Source: Podarcis tiliguerta (lineage: Eukaryota). From it: DNA of 64,000 nucleotides. Position numbers and translations under genes: made by a program. The notes beneath the pieces are model-generated. The model did no database searches, was not told the DNA's origin, and saw only the letters and a list, made by a program, of their open reading frames with translations. Positions within the stretch are counted from its first letter, which is position 1. Each line of letters begins with the position of its first letter. Shown here one piece after another: positions 1 through 13,094 of the stretch. The stretch is taken from the NCBI GenBank assembly GCA_965153285.1, contig OZ229110.1; one strand, written 5' to 3'.

Positions 1-740
1 GAAGATGAAGCAATGCAGCCCCTTTATTTCTCCAGAGTACTGGCGGGTTTTTTTCCTTGATGCAGTATTAATGAATACTGGTGAAGTAATTATAAGAACC
101 CTCCAGGGGCCTGACTGTGAAAACAAAGTTTCGCATACCAGTTTTGGAAGGCTCCTGTGCTCTTTGCAGACTTTTCCAGGAAAGGAGCTGGTTACGACTG
201 CAAAGAAAGCATTGGAAATGGCAGAGATGTCTGATTTTTCAGCCTGTGAAAACAGACACTCCAGGCTGCGGAAGGCACAAGGATAGGGAGAACACACCAG
301 AGACCCAAATCCAGAATGTTAGCAAAAAGGGCCCTTTCTCCTCAAAGCTTTTTACTCAGCTGTCTTCAGGATGGCCTGTATCAGAAGTTCCCAAACTATC
401 ACCTGGGGAGCACTGGTCATCCATTAGCTCCATTCAGATGATTCACAGAGAAGTTCCAAAATAGTCCTAAACTTGATTCCCCCTCCCCACTCCACCCCAT
501 CCCAACAATGGAGATAGATGGCCATTTTTAATGTGGGCAGATTTATTGACCAGGCTAGCATGCATGTGACACACAACACGCACATGACCTCATGCACGTG
601 CAATACCCGCCCCCAATCTTGAGCGCAAGATGGTGCCTCTGAGCCCTTGTGTCTTTGTGTGGCCTTAGGATTCACCTTTGAAGGAGCACAATTACGGTAA
701 CTTCCAGGCTACTTCTGTTTTGGCTGCCAAGAGATTCAGC

Positions 741-885
741 TTGGATAGCTCCATTGGTTAGAGCGTGGTGCTGATAATGCCAAGGTTACAGGTTCAATCC
801 CTATATGGGACAGCTGCATATTCCTGCATTGCAGGGCATTGATGATCCTCAGAGTCCCTTCCCACTCTAAAACTCTATGATTCTA
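741..885 (+). mobile_element. SINE: tRNA-Ile-like head + CR1 3' tail
   Basis: Head GGATAGCTCCATTGGTTAGAGCGTGGTGCTGATAATGCCAAGGTTACAGGTTCAATCCC (A/B boxes, tRNA-Ile-like). Tail ...TCCCTTCCCACTCTAAAACTCTATGATTCTA is typical of CR1 3' ends. Four more copies in the window. Confidence 0.88.
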
Positions 886-1945
886 CCCTTGAAACATGAA
901 CATGCTGGTTCTTGCAGCTAGGGACATCCATTCCTGACTTGCAGTTCCTGTCCAGATGTTGGGTCCCAGTTCCCATCAGCCCTAGGAAGCATCTCACTGG
1001 ACAAGAGACAATGGAAGCCATTGCCCAATAACTTCCGGAGCTCCACGGGGTCCATCGCCCGACCTTTAAAAATTGTTTTCTCCATAAAGGCATATTTCTG
1101 GTCTGACTTGCCCACACGTTCAGGCAGCAAAATGCCTTGGTTCAGACATCAAAATGCTTTGCACTTGGAGCAGGATTGGGGGGCACAATGAGCAGGGGGG
1201 GGGAGCTTCTAGGAGTAGGGCTGGCTGGCTGCATTTTTAAGTAAGTGAAATGCACATTGCCATCTAAAAAGATGGTCCCTGTAAGATCATAAGAGTCTTG
1301 AATCTACAATTGCCTAAGTGCCCGATTGCTTGAACATCCCAAATATCAAGTCGCTGAAGATGTCCATTATGCTCATAGCAGCTGCGTCAGATTACCAAGA
1401 GCGGAAAGCAGGAGAAAGATCTAACCCAGAATCAATCACGGAGGAGCTGCTTCTTCATCTTGAAAGGATTCCATTGCCCAAAGCTCGGAGGCAATTTTAC
1501 AGTGTACTGTACACTTTGGAAGGCTTGCCAGGCTTGCCGTCCTGTTTTGCCACCAACTGTCCATTGGGTGGCGCTGTGGCTCCAACTGGGCAGCACTACG
1601 AGTCGGCAGGCCAGTTTTAGTACCAGATGCAGGGAAATTTCCCTTGCTGCACAAAGTAAAAATAAAAATAGTCAATCAGTAGTAGTAGCGGAAATGTAAT
1701 AAATATATATTGAAGGGGAATTTTGAACCCTAATATTTCTGTACTTTGAAAGCATATTTATTCTATAATCAGTCCTGACTTTCAAATACTGGAACAATCT
1801 CCCGTGAAAACTTGTTATGCATCAGATATTGTAAGAGGACTTAGGGCTTGTGAGGTTTGCAATCCAGGTGAGCTCTGATTTGGGTGATGCTTTGGAGAGG
1901 TGACTCCAGTATTAAGCACTGTCACACTATGATAGCACCTAGAAT

Positions 1946-2060
1946 AAGGTTACCAGATTTTTTTCAGTGAATCCGGGGACACTTTTCACCTTCAATGGAT
2001 TTTGTATGGGGACTGATTTGTAAATCCGGGGACTGTCCCTGGGAAACGGGGACCTCTGGT
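1946..2060. mobile_element. hAT (Blackjack-like) MITE fragment
   Basis: TAAGGTTACCAGA start and repeated AATCCGGGGAC motifs, resembling TAGGGTTACCA-ended elements; right end incomplete. Confidence 0.5.
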
Positions 2061-2564
2061 TTGCTTGCTGTTCCTTCTTATACTCAAGTAATGATGAATT
2101 TGTGAACAAAAATGACAAAGAACATGGCTAGATTAGACTTTGGTTCCAACCTTTCAAACACATTTGCCTTAATTTAAAGTCATGTGTGTACCGGAATGTA
2201 TTTTTAAAAATACAACTCCTGTCATTCTTCCAGGACAGTTTACACACATATTTAGCCTTAGTATAGAACTTCCATGCCTATAAACATTTACTAGAACAGG
2301 TTAAATGTCCCAAGACCTAAAACCTAACAGGATGGAGCTTTGATGGGGACTACTGGTCCATATTTTATTAGATTGACCAATTTCTCAGCCAAATACAGTT
2401 CTAAGTGGTGGTTTTAAATGCCCTGCATTGCCAAGGACCTCAAGGTCTAAATGATTTCTGCCTCCCATATGGACCTACCCATGCCCTGATAAGATCCTCA
2501 GAATAGGCTGTCCAAGGGTACAAAGGGTAGCTATGGGGAAGATGGCCTACGCTTGACTCCAGCT

Positions 2565-2632
2565 CCTGACAGGGGAATTGAACCCTGGTTTCCCAGGTCC
2601 TAGTCCAACACTCTAACCACTGCACCAACTAG
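2565..2632 (-). mobile_element. old tRNA-derived SINE head (MIR-like)
   Basis: Minus strand reads TGGTGCAGTGGTTAGAGTGTTGGACTAGGACCTGGGAAACCAGGGTTCAATTCCCC (A and B boxes). Similar degenerate pieces near 27130-27300, 36980-37095, 53280-53330 and 58850-58910. Confidence 0.6.
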
Positions 2633-2769
2633 CTGTTATGGATCCTGGTAGGGTGCAGCATCAGGGCCTCCAACATCACACCTGCACCAGGGCCCATAAA
2701 TCCTCTAGGTGACCAGGCAAAGCTGACCACCAGGTGGGGAGGCACCAAAGTCACTTCTCACTAAGGGTG

Positions 2770-4285
2770 CTACTTCTCCTACGGCTGAGGTGAAATGGCC
2801 ACACTGTCTGTGCCCCTACTTCTCCTACGGCTGAGGTGAAATGGCCACACTGTCTGTGCCCCTACTTCTCCTACGGCTGAGGTGAAATGGCCACACTGTC
2901 TGTGCCCCTACTTCTCCTACGGCTGAGGTGAAATGGCCACACTGTCTGTGCCCCTACTTCTCCTACGGCTGAGGTGAAATGGCCACACTGTCTGTGCCCC
3001 TACTTCTCCTACGGCTGAGGTGAAATGGCCACACTGTCTGTGCCCCTACTTCTCCTACGGCTGAGGTGAAATGGCCACACTGTCTGTGCCCCTACTTCTC
3101 CTACGGCTGAGGTGAAATGGCCACACTGTCTGTGCCCCTAGTTCTCCTACGGCTGAGGTGAAATGGCCACACTGTCTGTGCCCCTAGTTCTCCTACGGCT
3201 GAGGTGAAATGGCAACACTGTCTGTGCCCCTGGTTCTCCTATGCCTGAGGTGAAATGGCCACACTGTCTGTGCCCCTGGTTCTCCTATGCCTGAGGTGAA
3301 ATGGCAACACTGTCTGTGCCCCTAGTTCTCCTATGGCTGAGGTGAAAAGGCCACACTGTCTGTGCCCCTGGTTCTCCTATGCCTGAGGTGAAATGGCCAC
3401 ACTGTCTGTGCCCCTAGTTTTCCTACGGCTGAGGTGAAATGGCCACACTGTCTGTGCCCCTAGTTCTCCTACGGCTGAGGTGAAATGGCCACACTGTCTG
3501 TGCCCCTAGTTCTCCTACGGCTGAGGTGAAATGGCCACACTGTCTGTGCCCCTACTTCTCCTACGGCTGAGGTGAAATGGCCACACTGTCTGTGCCCCTA
3601 CTTCTCCTACGGCTGAGGTGAAATGGCCACACTGTCTGTGCCCCTACTTCTCCTACGGCTGAGGTGAAATGGCCACACTGTCTGTGCCCCTAGTTCTCCT
3701 ATGGCTGAGGTGAAAAGGCCACACTGTCTGTGCCCCTGGTTCTCCTATGCCTGAGGTGAAATGGCCACACTGTCTGTGCCCCTAGTTTTCCTACGGCTGA
3801 GGTGAAATGGCCACACTGTCTGTGCCCCTAGTTCTCCTACGGTTGAGGTGAAATGGCCACACTGTCTGTGCCCCTAGTTCTCCTACGGCTGAGGTGAAAT
3901 GGCAACACTGTCTGTGCCCCTACTTCTCCTACGGCTGAGGTGAAATGGCCACACTGTCTGTGCCCCTAGTTCTCCTATGGCTGAGGTGAAATGGCCACAC
4001 TGTCTGTGCCCCTAGTTCTCCTACGGTTGAGGTGAAATGGCCACACTGTCTGTGCCCCTAGTTTTCCTACGGCTGAGGTGAAATGGCCACACTGTCTGTG
4101 CCCCTAGTTCTCCTATGGCTAAGGTGAAATGGCCACACTGTCTGTGCCCCTAGTTCTCCTACGGTTGAGGTGAAATGGCCACACTGTCTGTGCCCCTAGT
4201 TTTCCTACGGCTGAGGTGAAATGGCCACACTGTCTGTGCCCCTACTTCTCCTACGGCTGAGGTGAAATGGCCACACTGTCTGTGC
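2770..4285. repeat. 46-bp minisatellite (VNTR), 33 copies
   Basis: Unit TACTTCTCCTACGGCTGAGGTGAAATGGCCACACTGTCTGTGCCCC starts at 2771, 2817, 2863 ... 4243 with no indels, only point variants. Confidence 0.99.
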
Positions 4286-4997
4286 TCCACACAAGGTACC
4301 ATTTTTGACTGATAAAACAAAGAAGTGCTACATCTGCATTAGCCTGACTAAAATTAACTGGAATTTGTTGTCATCCAGCACATATTTTAATTACCATGAA
4401 ATACTTATATTGAACAAACGCTGCATTGTTTTTGTCACACATTTCCAGAAGGGAAAAAATGAGTTCAGAGTGGGATGACTTCTTGTGGTTTGACATGCAA
4501 TGTTGATGTTTATAATGCTGATGTTTTATAAGCCATCTTGCTTTTTTCTTTCTTCCAAGGAAGTCAGAGTGGAATTTTTAAAAGAAACAAAATCTGACAG
4601 CACTGCTGGGGGCTAATCTTGTGATCTGTTTGGGATGATACATTGTGGGAAGGGGGGAGGCTGAATGGCTGGCCTGGAAAAACTCCTGTTCTTGCACATC
4701 TTCAGCAGTAACACACAAAGGAAGTCGAGCAGCTTTGTGGCAGAATCTGATAACGCGTTGCTCCTTTGTGGGGAATACTCGTGCCAGAATATATGCACAC
4801 TATGTAGTAATATGATATTACCTTGGAATGGAAAATCAACATGCATTTTGTAGATGCAAGAGGGTGAGGGAGCAGGCAAGAATGTGGACAGCTACTGCCA
4901 AAATCTAATATTTAGCATCCATTTGGAAGGTTGCATTCTGATACAAGGTCCATCACGTGGGGTTTGTTTGTTTTTTCCAGGTAGGGGCACTACTAAC

Positions 4998-5295
4998 TAG
5001 GAATGAGCAATTTCAGTTCTCTGGGTTTCTCTTTTTTCCTATCTCAAATTTATTTCTCCACATTTGTGCAGCAATTTGCAATTTTTAAGAAATCCTCATG
5101 GAAATTCATCAAACTTTTAATGTGAATTTTTCCCAATAAACACATTTTGGTGTTACATATACATTTTGCAAACAATTTCCCCTAATATAAAGCATTTTAA
5201 AGTACATATATGAATTTTTCTATATACTGTTGGGGAACCTAAGTCGTAAAAATCTGAGAAGTGCAGATTTTGAAAGATATCTGTGTTTCATTGAA
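4998..5295. mobile_element. degenerate DNA-transposon-like repeat (related copy at 42978-43329)
   Basis: Shared blocks such as TTCAGTTCTC, CCCTAATATA, GCATTTTAA and GAGAAGTG..TTTTGAAAGAT. Confidence 0.5.
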
Positions 5296-6126
5296 ATTGG
5301 CCCATGGACACCATGAAACATGGTGCTTCCATGTTCACATTTAAGCTTTTGAGAGAAGAAATGTTCTAGCGAACTGCCAACCTTTCATGATAACCTCGCT
5401 CCTATTTTCCCACTAGAAGTGCTTCTTGTGCAGCAAAATCCAGTGTGACCCACTACTGGGGGCATAGCATCAGGGGTGCCAGAGGGGCCATGACCCTGGG
5501 TGCAGATTATTAAGGGGGCATGAAGCAGGCACCCCCATGCAGGCACCCCTGGCCTGCTACTCCTCTCCACAGGCATTGGTTCTGGACTGACTAGCCTCTT
5601 CCTGGCACTATGAAGTGTGGAGTTATGAAGCCCAAGGCTCAGGCCAGCCATTTCCTTAACCAGCAATCTGTCTTCATTGGGGCCAGCCCAACCATGAGGC
5701 AGACCGAAACAGCTGCCTCAGGTTGTGTAATACTCCACAGTATTCTGCCACGATACTCCACCACTGCCTCCACACAATCTTGTGGGTCTCTCATGAGATC
5801 TCACCAGCACCAGCTGCAGTCACTTCTTGCTTCTCCAGTGGAGACCCTCACTTAGGGGCTAGGGAACATCATGTGAGGCCTCTCATGAGGCTGTCATGAA
5901 ATCTGGATGGAACTTGGAAGCCACAGCCACAAGGCTTCGGTGGAGGTGGCAAGGTGGAACATGTGCAAGGCAGCACCTTCCCATTTCACCTCGGGCAGCA
6001 AATGGGACGACCCATTCATGGTCCTGGTAGTGCACACCTGGTTCCTGTTCCCTGACTTCCTTTTTAAGCCTGTTGGTGTCTTCAAGTAGGTTTTTCAAAG
6101 CCACCCAGTGATTTCATGGCCAAAGG

Positions 6127-6722
6127 TGTGGGATGTAAACACAGGAGCAGTCAATGACAACATTCCTAGAGTGTACATGTTAGAACATGGGGAGGGATGT
6201 TAGTCCAGCAAGCAGGTAAACTTCCTGGGGACGGACTTCCTCCGCATGTGACCAGAGGTGGGTGTGGCCTCACCTGTGCAGGTAAATGATAAAAGCACAG
6301 GGCAGGCAGCCATCTCTCTCTCTCTGCCATCTTCCTTCGATGAGGAAACATCTAAGGATGCTCTCTTGGCTCCCAGCCAAGAGAGGAGATAAGGACTATC
6401 TTGCTACAAGATAGATTCTAAGTGTATGTAACCTTTTTAAGCTGTCTGCCTTCTGGGATCATATTGTGAACAGAACGTGAGTAAACTCTTTTATACTTTT
6501 ATAAAGACTGTGTCGTGTCTTGTATTTTAAGAGGGAACAAAAGGGGAAATTACCAGAGTAATTATTATAGAGGTTCTAGCGAACCTGTGCAAGCGTTACC
6601 GTTGCGAACTTAAAGGGGAATGTCTATAAATTCTGCTGATATTTTGGGAACTTGTTAGCACAAGTTGGATAAGGATATAATTAGTCAATATATCCTCTCC
6701 TGCACCCCAGAACATTCCCACA
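6127..6722 (+). mobile_element. solo LTR, 596 bp
   Basis: Inverted termini TGTGGGA...TCCCACA; perfect 5-bp TSD AAAGG (6122-6126 and 6723-6727); internal GATAAAAG TATA-like motif; homologous to 28645-29264. Confidence 0.92.
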
Positions 6723-7979
6723 AAAGGAAGATTTGAACCCTTGCCATGCCAGTTCAAGTGTCTTTCCACTCCACAGCAAGCCGTATCCCATTTCTACAAT
6801 GACTCATTTAGATTGATTTACTTACCCGGCATATTTTTTTCAGAATAGAAGCCTTGTTTACAAAGCCACTGAAATCAGATTCTGCTTTGCATTCTTCCAC
6901 TGGAAGAATACCACAAGTAATACAACTAGTATAAATTCTAAAAGTATTCTGTATCTTCACCAAGGGACCTGTGACTTGGAATTTTATGCAATCTACCTAC
7001 AAATGGTTCTGATTACAAACCAGGATGCAACAGGCTGTGCCAAAAGAAAAAGAGAAAAAGAATGAGATGGTGTACAATTCAGCTTAGTTATCCACAGCAC
7101 TGTTGTTGTCTTAACTTAGGGGTCGGGTGGGGGGCTAGCAGCAGTCTGTGTCAGCAGATCTGGCTGCTGGAATTCTTGGGAGACAGACAGAGTGGTTTTC
7201 CTTTGCAAAGGCAGAAGCAACATTGTCACCGACTTGTTTTGAAGGCAGTCACTGTCATCAGTTGAACATGACCCCTTGTTGCTGTGCCATGAAAATATTT
7301 ATGTGTTGCATGGCTAGAGGTGGTTGTGCATGCTCAACACATTAATAGGCACCCATGTTTGAAATTATTTCCCAAGTTATTTGGTGGCCACTGCTCTGTT
7401 TTTCCCCTCTCCGAAAAGCAAAGTCACTGTCTTTGGAGATTGCTATCTGCCTTGGATGAGCTTCAGCACAGAACAAAATCTTTGAGTGCCTCAGTGACTG
7501 TACTCAGGGCTTCTCTCCACTCCCTTTACCCCACCCTCACCCTGTCTCTAGGCAAGCCATCAAAACAGTCAAGGCCGTGGTTTGCTGATCTTTTGACACC
7601 TAGAAGTTGCAGCCAAACTCTTAAGGAATCAAGGAGAGAAACACAGAATTGGAAGCTGGAATTAGATGTCATTTTCTAAGTAAGACAAAGTTTTGCTAAG
7701 TGCTTAGAAGTCCTCAATTTTAATTTTTACAAAATAGTTTTGGATTCTTAAAATTATTTCATGCATTGCATGCATTTGCATGTGATTGCAGTCCCTGAAA
7801 CAATGGAAATCATGAGAGAACCTTTTACTTAAAGAATTAAAATGTGAAACTGCTGATCTTCTAACAAACAAAAAAAGCCTGTAACTTGTACCAGAGGACC
7901 GGAAAGGGGTCAACACCAAATTTTTTAATGGGATCTAGGGCGAATCTAGGAATTTACATGCTAGCTAGCTAGCTTTTTT

Positions 7980-8525
7980 GGGAAAACTGGTGGCAAGCAT
8001 TGTTAAAGACAGAATTGCCAAATATATAGAAGAACAAGTCTTGGTGAAGCAGTACCGCCCTGGTTTCTGCTATGGTAAGTCCTGTCTCACTAACCTTAAG
8101 CATTCCCTGAGAGTGGCAACAAGTATATAGATCGAGGTGATTCCAGTTGGCGCCGTGTGCTTTGGGACCAACCAGTAAAGTTGCATGTTGGAAGATTCAG
8201 GACAGACAACAGGAAGGACTTCTTCACACAGCACAGAGTTAAACTATGGAGTTCACTTCCTCAAGATGTTGTGATGGCCACCAACTTGGATAGGTCTTTA
8301 AAAAAGGATGTGAGTAATTCTTGGATGGTAAGGCTATCAATGACTACTAGCCAAGATGTTCTACCTCCACGGTTGGAGAAGTATGCCTCTGAAAACCAGT
8401 TGCTGGAGAGCACAGGGGTAGAGAGGGCTCTTGTGTTCAAGTCCTGTTTTTGGGCTTCCCATAGGCATCTGGTGTGAGAATGTGATGGGCCTTCAGTCTG
8501 ATTCAGTCTGTTTCTTAATATGTCC
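7980..8525 (+). mobile_element. CR1 LINE fragment, internally deleted (RT piece joined to ORF2 end and 3' UTR)
   Basis: Translates GKLVASIVKDRIAKYIEEQVLVKQYRPGFCYGKSCLTNL (RT region), then jumps to KLHVGRFRTDNRKDFFTQHRVKLWSSLPQDVVMA (ORF2 C-terminus), followed by a 3' UTR. Confidence 0.85.
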
Positions 8526-11072
8526 TTGGAATACAGTAATAGAGGGTATCTGTCATGGCATCACACAAGTTTATCAGAATGAGATAAGTTTTTATGTTAC
8601 ACATTTGGGTGGGGAAGACTCCCAAATAGAAAATTGTTGTGCTGAAAGGTTGGGGAAGAATGCCAGTATTTGAGATTCCATAAATGAAGGAGATGAACAT
8701 ATATCCCAATCACTAAGGTGGGGGGTGGGAGAGAATGCTATCGCATGGGTTTTCTGTTGCCTCTTACTATTTATTTGAGGCAATGTACTGTTTTTTATGG
8801 TCATTCCTTCAAAGAGTTCAAGAAGAAGGAATGTTTGTACTTCATCTAAAATTTAGAGGGGACACAGACTCCCTCAGTATTCCATCCTTAAATTGTTTTT
8901 GGTAGGTCCATCACATATACCCAGGATGTGGATAAACTGCTAAACCGAACTTAGGTTAGAAAAACATTATTCTGCAGTACTTGACTCCAAGCCCTTTGCA
9001 GCCCTGCAGGGAAATCAAAGACGACAAACAAAAAGATTAGGAGCAGGGGTGATTAATTTTATTATTAATTAGGCTGTTGGTTTATTTATGTACCAATTGG
9101 CGTGCATGGTTTCATAAAAGGACGTAAGAAGAAAAGCCTTTTTGCCCTAAGGCATAAACAGATATGGAGATGTCTAGATGTGCCCTGTGTGGCAGGGAAA
9201 GTATTTTCTGACTCCCCAGATCCAGCAGAGGAATGGGGGAGGGGCAGTAGGGGTGAGGGTCCACCTGGGGGACAAATGGGTAGGAGGTTTGAAATATTGG
9301 AATAGGCCAACAGCAGAGATGGGGCCAGATTACGTGCTATGCAGGAGACTAGAGTAACTTCCAGATGACCTGAGCATTTGTCCAGATTTGTTTGTTTGTT
9401 TGTTTGTAGGTTCCACTGCCAAGAAGGGCTTGTCTTCCATGCCCACCTGCCTATGTTTATTTGGAAAGGCAGCACTTACTGCTTGACATGGTCCTTTACG
9501 TATCCAAGCCCCAAATCATTTCATGTTTTAAAGGCAAACATCAGTACATTGAATTGAGCCCAAGAACAATTTGTACAGAATAACATTGCAGGCATGCATT
9601 CCATGCTGCAAGCTGCACTGAGGACTCGTTTTTTGCACCAACTGCACTTCCTGAGCCATCTTCAAAGGTAGCCCCACGCAGAGTGTGAAACGTTTTTCTC
9701 ATCTGTGAATCTCTCTGCTCCCTTGTGATATCAAGAACAAAGAGACTGAATCTGTAGGGGAAATGAATAAGATGCTTTATAGCATCCAGGGTCAGAAAGG
9801 AACGGAATGCTAAGTATTACACCGTGTATAGCACATGAGTCAAAAGTATGCTACCATGCTCCTATATAAATCCCCAGTTATTTAAAATATAGAACCTTCA
9901 TCAAAAGATACTATAGCATAGTAATTGCAAAGAACTTGATAGGTCAAGAGGCATGCATGCTGCAGGCCCTCCGACAGCAGAGAAAGTAATTTCATAAGGT
10001 ACGCCCAGTTGACTTGAGCAAGACAAGGTAAGCTCCAGTCTACTGAGGAAAGCAAACTTATCAGAAGCTAACAAAAGCAAATAAAGCCAGCTAGCCTGGT
10101 CCAAGTTTCTCAGGCCAGATTTGGTTTGATCGGAGCATGTGAACGAAACTCACTAGTTTTCTGAGGTAAATGGGTGTGTATTGGTTCAGCATCATTTCAT
10201 TCTGCCCAATATTAACATTCCACTACCCTTCTGTGACCTCAGCCAGCAATTTCCTGAAGCATCAGATCTGCATATCCAGTTTCAAGCAGAGCACTGTCCA
10301 AATAACTGTTGGTATGACAAAAGCCATACCAAAAGAAAGCGAGGGAAAACTGAAGCTAAGTCCATAAAAGAAACAAAGAGGCGATTGTTAAATGGCCACA
10401 GGAACACCTTTGCTAAAGGAGTCTGTGCGCTTTCCTATTACTTTTGCCTTTTAAAAAGCCAGGATTGAGCGATTTATCCTAATGACCCTATGGAATGCTG
10501 CGAGTCAATTCAAGTGTGCTCTTCCTTCGTGTGACTCAAGCCTTTTCCGAGCCTCTCACACCTCAGAATGTGGCAAGGATCACTTTGTCTGATCCAGCAA
10601 AGCATTTTTTCTTGCCCATCTCATATCCTTTCACTCATGACTTTTCAGATCTTCAGGAAACTTAACTGCATTCCATGACGCTCATGACTTGCCCAAGGCC
10701 ACCCAACGAGTGGCCTTGGGAAAGTTATTATCCCTTAAATCCCATTACTGCAATGGAATTTGAACTCGGTCTCCCGAGTTCAAGGCTACCCTCCCATCTT
10801 TAGGCCCCATGTTTCAAACCAGCACTAGATTCAGTAGTCCCAGGATACCTGAGGGGGCGGGGGAAGAGCAGACAGAGATTGGCCAACCGTAGACAGCAAG
10901 CTGTTTCCTTGATGCAAGCCAAACCCAGCTGGTATTTTCTTACTCCTCTGACTTGCATGTGTGTTTTACATGACTATAGAAGGAGCAATCAGTCAGCTCC
11001 CAAGAATCTTAGCAACAGCAGCAGCAGCAGGAGCAGTGTCCCCTGGAAAGGCTTGCAGCAGCTGAAACAGTG

Positions 11073-11083
11073 ATGACTCAGCA
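11073..11083 (+). promoter_or_regulatory. ARE / CNC-sMaf (AP-1-containing) site
   Basis: ATGACTCAGCA matches the RTGACTCAGCA consensus in unique sequence; function untested. Confidence 0.4.
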
Positions 11084-11813
11084 GCCTCTCCCTCTCTGGC
11101 CGCTTGCTGATCCCTGGCAAGAACTCCAGCCCAAGTCCTCCTGACTCCCTTGTTTGGGTCAGTGATTTCTTGCTGGCACCAGCAGATAAATTCCTGGATC
11201 CTGCTGCCCTTGGCACTAGAGAGTAGCCAAAAGGAACTGACAGCTGCAGCCAAACTGTGCACAGAGCGCGTGCTTTTCCATTCTTGTTTGCTTAAAAACA
11301 GAGCAAAAGAATTAAAAGCAAAACAAATCCAATGTGAAGTTAGTCAATGATTACAGAGCAATAACAGAGCTCAGCGTTAGCAGGTGCGGGGTGGAGATAG
11401 ACTGTCTCTTCTGGCCTTTGGGAAGGAAAACAGCTCACTGGGTTTCAGGGTGGGCTGGGGACACGGAATTGCATCACCAGAGGCTTTGTTTATTTGGCTT
11501 AAAATAAAGTCTGGAACTTCAGCCTTTGGTTACGTGCATGAATCTTTCACCTGGTTTAAATTACAACTGGTGCAACAAGTTGGGCTGGTCTCAAGTCAGT
11601 GTCCCCCTTGAGCTTATTACTTTGACCACATTGCACCCAATAGTTCACTTGTCATTTTTGGTGAGGTCCGGTGGAAATGGTGTATATATAGATATAATTT
11701 TACATGCAGTCACTTTCACAACTGTTACAGAGGTCTGAGATCTGCAGATGATTTTTAAAAAAAATTATAGGCCACAGACTTGTCAAAGTGGCTTCCCTAT
11801 ACATGATTCTATG

Positions 11814-11817
<4 letters not shown>

Positions 11818-11862
<45 letters not shown>
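11818..11862. repeat. (TA)n microsatellite
   Basis: Pure TA run. Confidence 0.98.
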
Positions 11863-11865
<3 letters not shown>

Positions 11866-12244
11866 ACAAATGCCACCAAAATTATCTAGAAAAGCCGTTC
11901 TTTAAAACAACAGTATTTTACAATAAAAACAAAAAAATAACAGCATCATATCTTTAAGAATAAACTACTTGGAATAAATGGAATTTTTAAAAATCTATTT
12001 AAAGGCTTGTATTGATGGAGCCGTCTGCACTTCAGTTGAGAGGGAGTGCTGTAATCATGGAGCCACCACTAATGAGACCCTGTATCTACTTTTGTATTTC
12101 ATGACAAACACATCCCACCCCTTCCATTTTATGAATAGAGTGTAACCAGCTGAAGATAACATTTCACATACCTTCCAATTCACAAAAGGTCATGCCACAA
12201 TGCATTTGTTAGTTTTTTCAGTGCTACAAGTTGCACTAGCCTTG

Positions 12245-12383
12245 CTAGTTGGCTCAATTGGTTAGAGCGTGGTGCTGACAACGCCCAGGTCACAAGTTAG
12301 ATCCCTGTATGGGTGCATATTCCTGTATTGCAGTGAGTTGAATGAGATAATCCATGGGGTCCCTTCCGACTCTATGATTCTAT
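12245..12383 (+). mobile_element. SINE: tRNA-Ile-like head + CR1 tail (older copy)
   Basis: TTGGCTCAATTGGTTAGAGCGTGGTGCTGACAACGCCCAGG...GGGTCCCTTCCGACTCTATGATTCTAT. Confidence 0.85.
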
Positions 12384-12516
12384 CCTTTGGTATGAATGAG
12401 ATTCTATTGCAAGGACCATGTTCCTTCGGGGGTAGTACCCCAACAGGGGTAATCTGTTAAGGGTTACATGCTGGCAGTGGGTAGTGTAGAAGCCAGATCA
12501 AAAGTGAGCATAACTA

Positions 12517-12895
12517 CTGTATTTTTCCATGTATAAGTAGGGTTTTTTCCTTTAAAAATAATGTCAAAAATTGTTGTTGTTGTTGTTGTTGTTTAGTCGT
12601 TCAGTCGTGTCCGACTCTTCGTGACCCCATGGACCAGAGCACGCCAGGCACTTCTGTCTTCCACTGCCACCCGCAGTTTGGTCAGACTCATGTTTGTAGC
12701 TTCGAGAACACTGTCTAACCATCTCGTCCTCTGTCGTCCTCTTCTCCTTGTGCCCTCCATCTTTCCCAACATCAATGTCAAAAATTAGAGGGCGTCTTAT
12801 ATTCTGGGCCATCTCCCCCCATTTTCTTAAATCTGAGTCCCCCAAAATAGCAGGAGTCTTATACATGGGGGCATCTTATAGACAGAAAAATATGG
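12517..12895. mobile_element. Tc1/pogo-type MITE interrupted by BovB
   Basis: TA|CTGTATTTTTCCATGTATAAG ... CTTATAGACAGAAAAATATGG|TA: imperfect TIRs with TA TSD. Confidence 0.75.
12573..12773 (-). mobile_element. BovB (RTE) LINE 3' end, 5'-truncated
   Basis: Encodes MLGKMEGTRRRGRQRTRWLDSVLEATNMSLTKLRVAVEDRSAWRALVHGVTKSRTRL; (CAA)n tail; 13-bp TSD AATGTCAAAAATT (12560-12572 and 12774-12786). Confidence 0.95.
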
Positions 12896-13094
12896 TATTC
12901 CCTTTCTCGCTTTTGTCACCTCTTTCTGTCAGCAGGCAGGCAGACAAGCAGGCATGCTCACACAAACACATCAAGTCAAACCGAAACACACATTCAGACA
13001 GCACTCTCATTCTTCTGTTAACCAGCAGTGGAGCAGTGGAATCTCTGCCCTTCACTGTACAGCAATGGGAGGGGAGAGGGAACTAGGCAGGAAG

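Noticed and set aside
741-815. Functional tRNA-Ile genes (also 12245, 25120, 30416, 48373)
   Set aside because: Stems are degenerate, no oligo-T terminator follows, and each runs into a CR1-derived tail, so they are SINE heads.
1558-1577. CTCF site (TGTCCATTGGGTGGCGCTG)
   Set aside because: Partial match with mismatches in the core; not supportable without a matrix scan or ChIP data.
2770-4285. CRISPR array or coding repeat
   Set aside because: Units are head-to-tail with no unique spacers, 46 is not a multiple of 3, there is no long ORF, and the context is eukaryotic.
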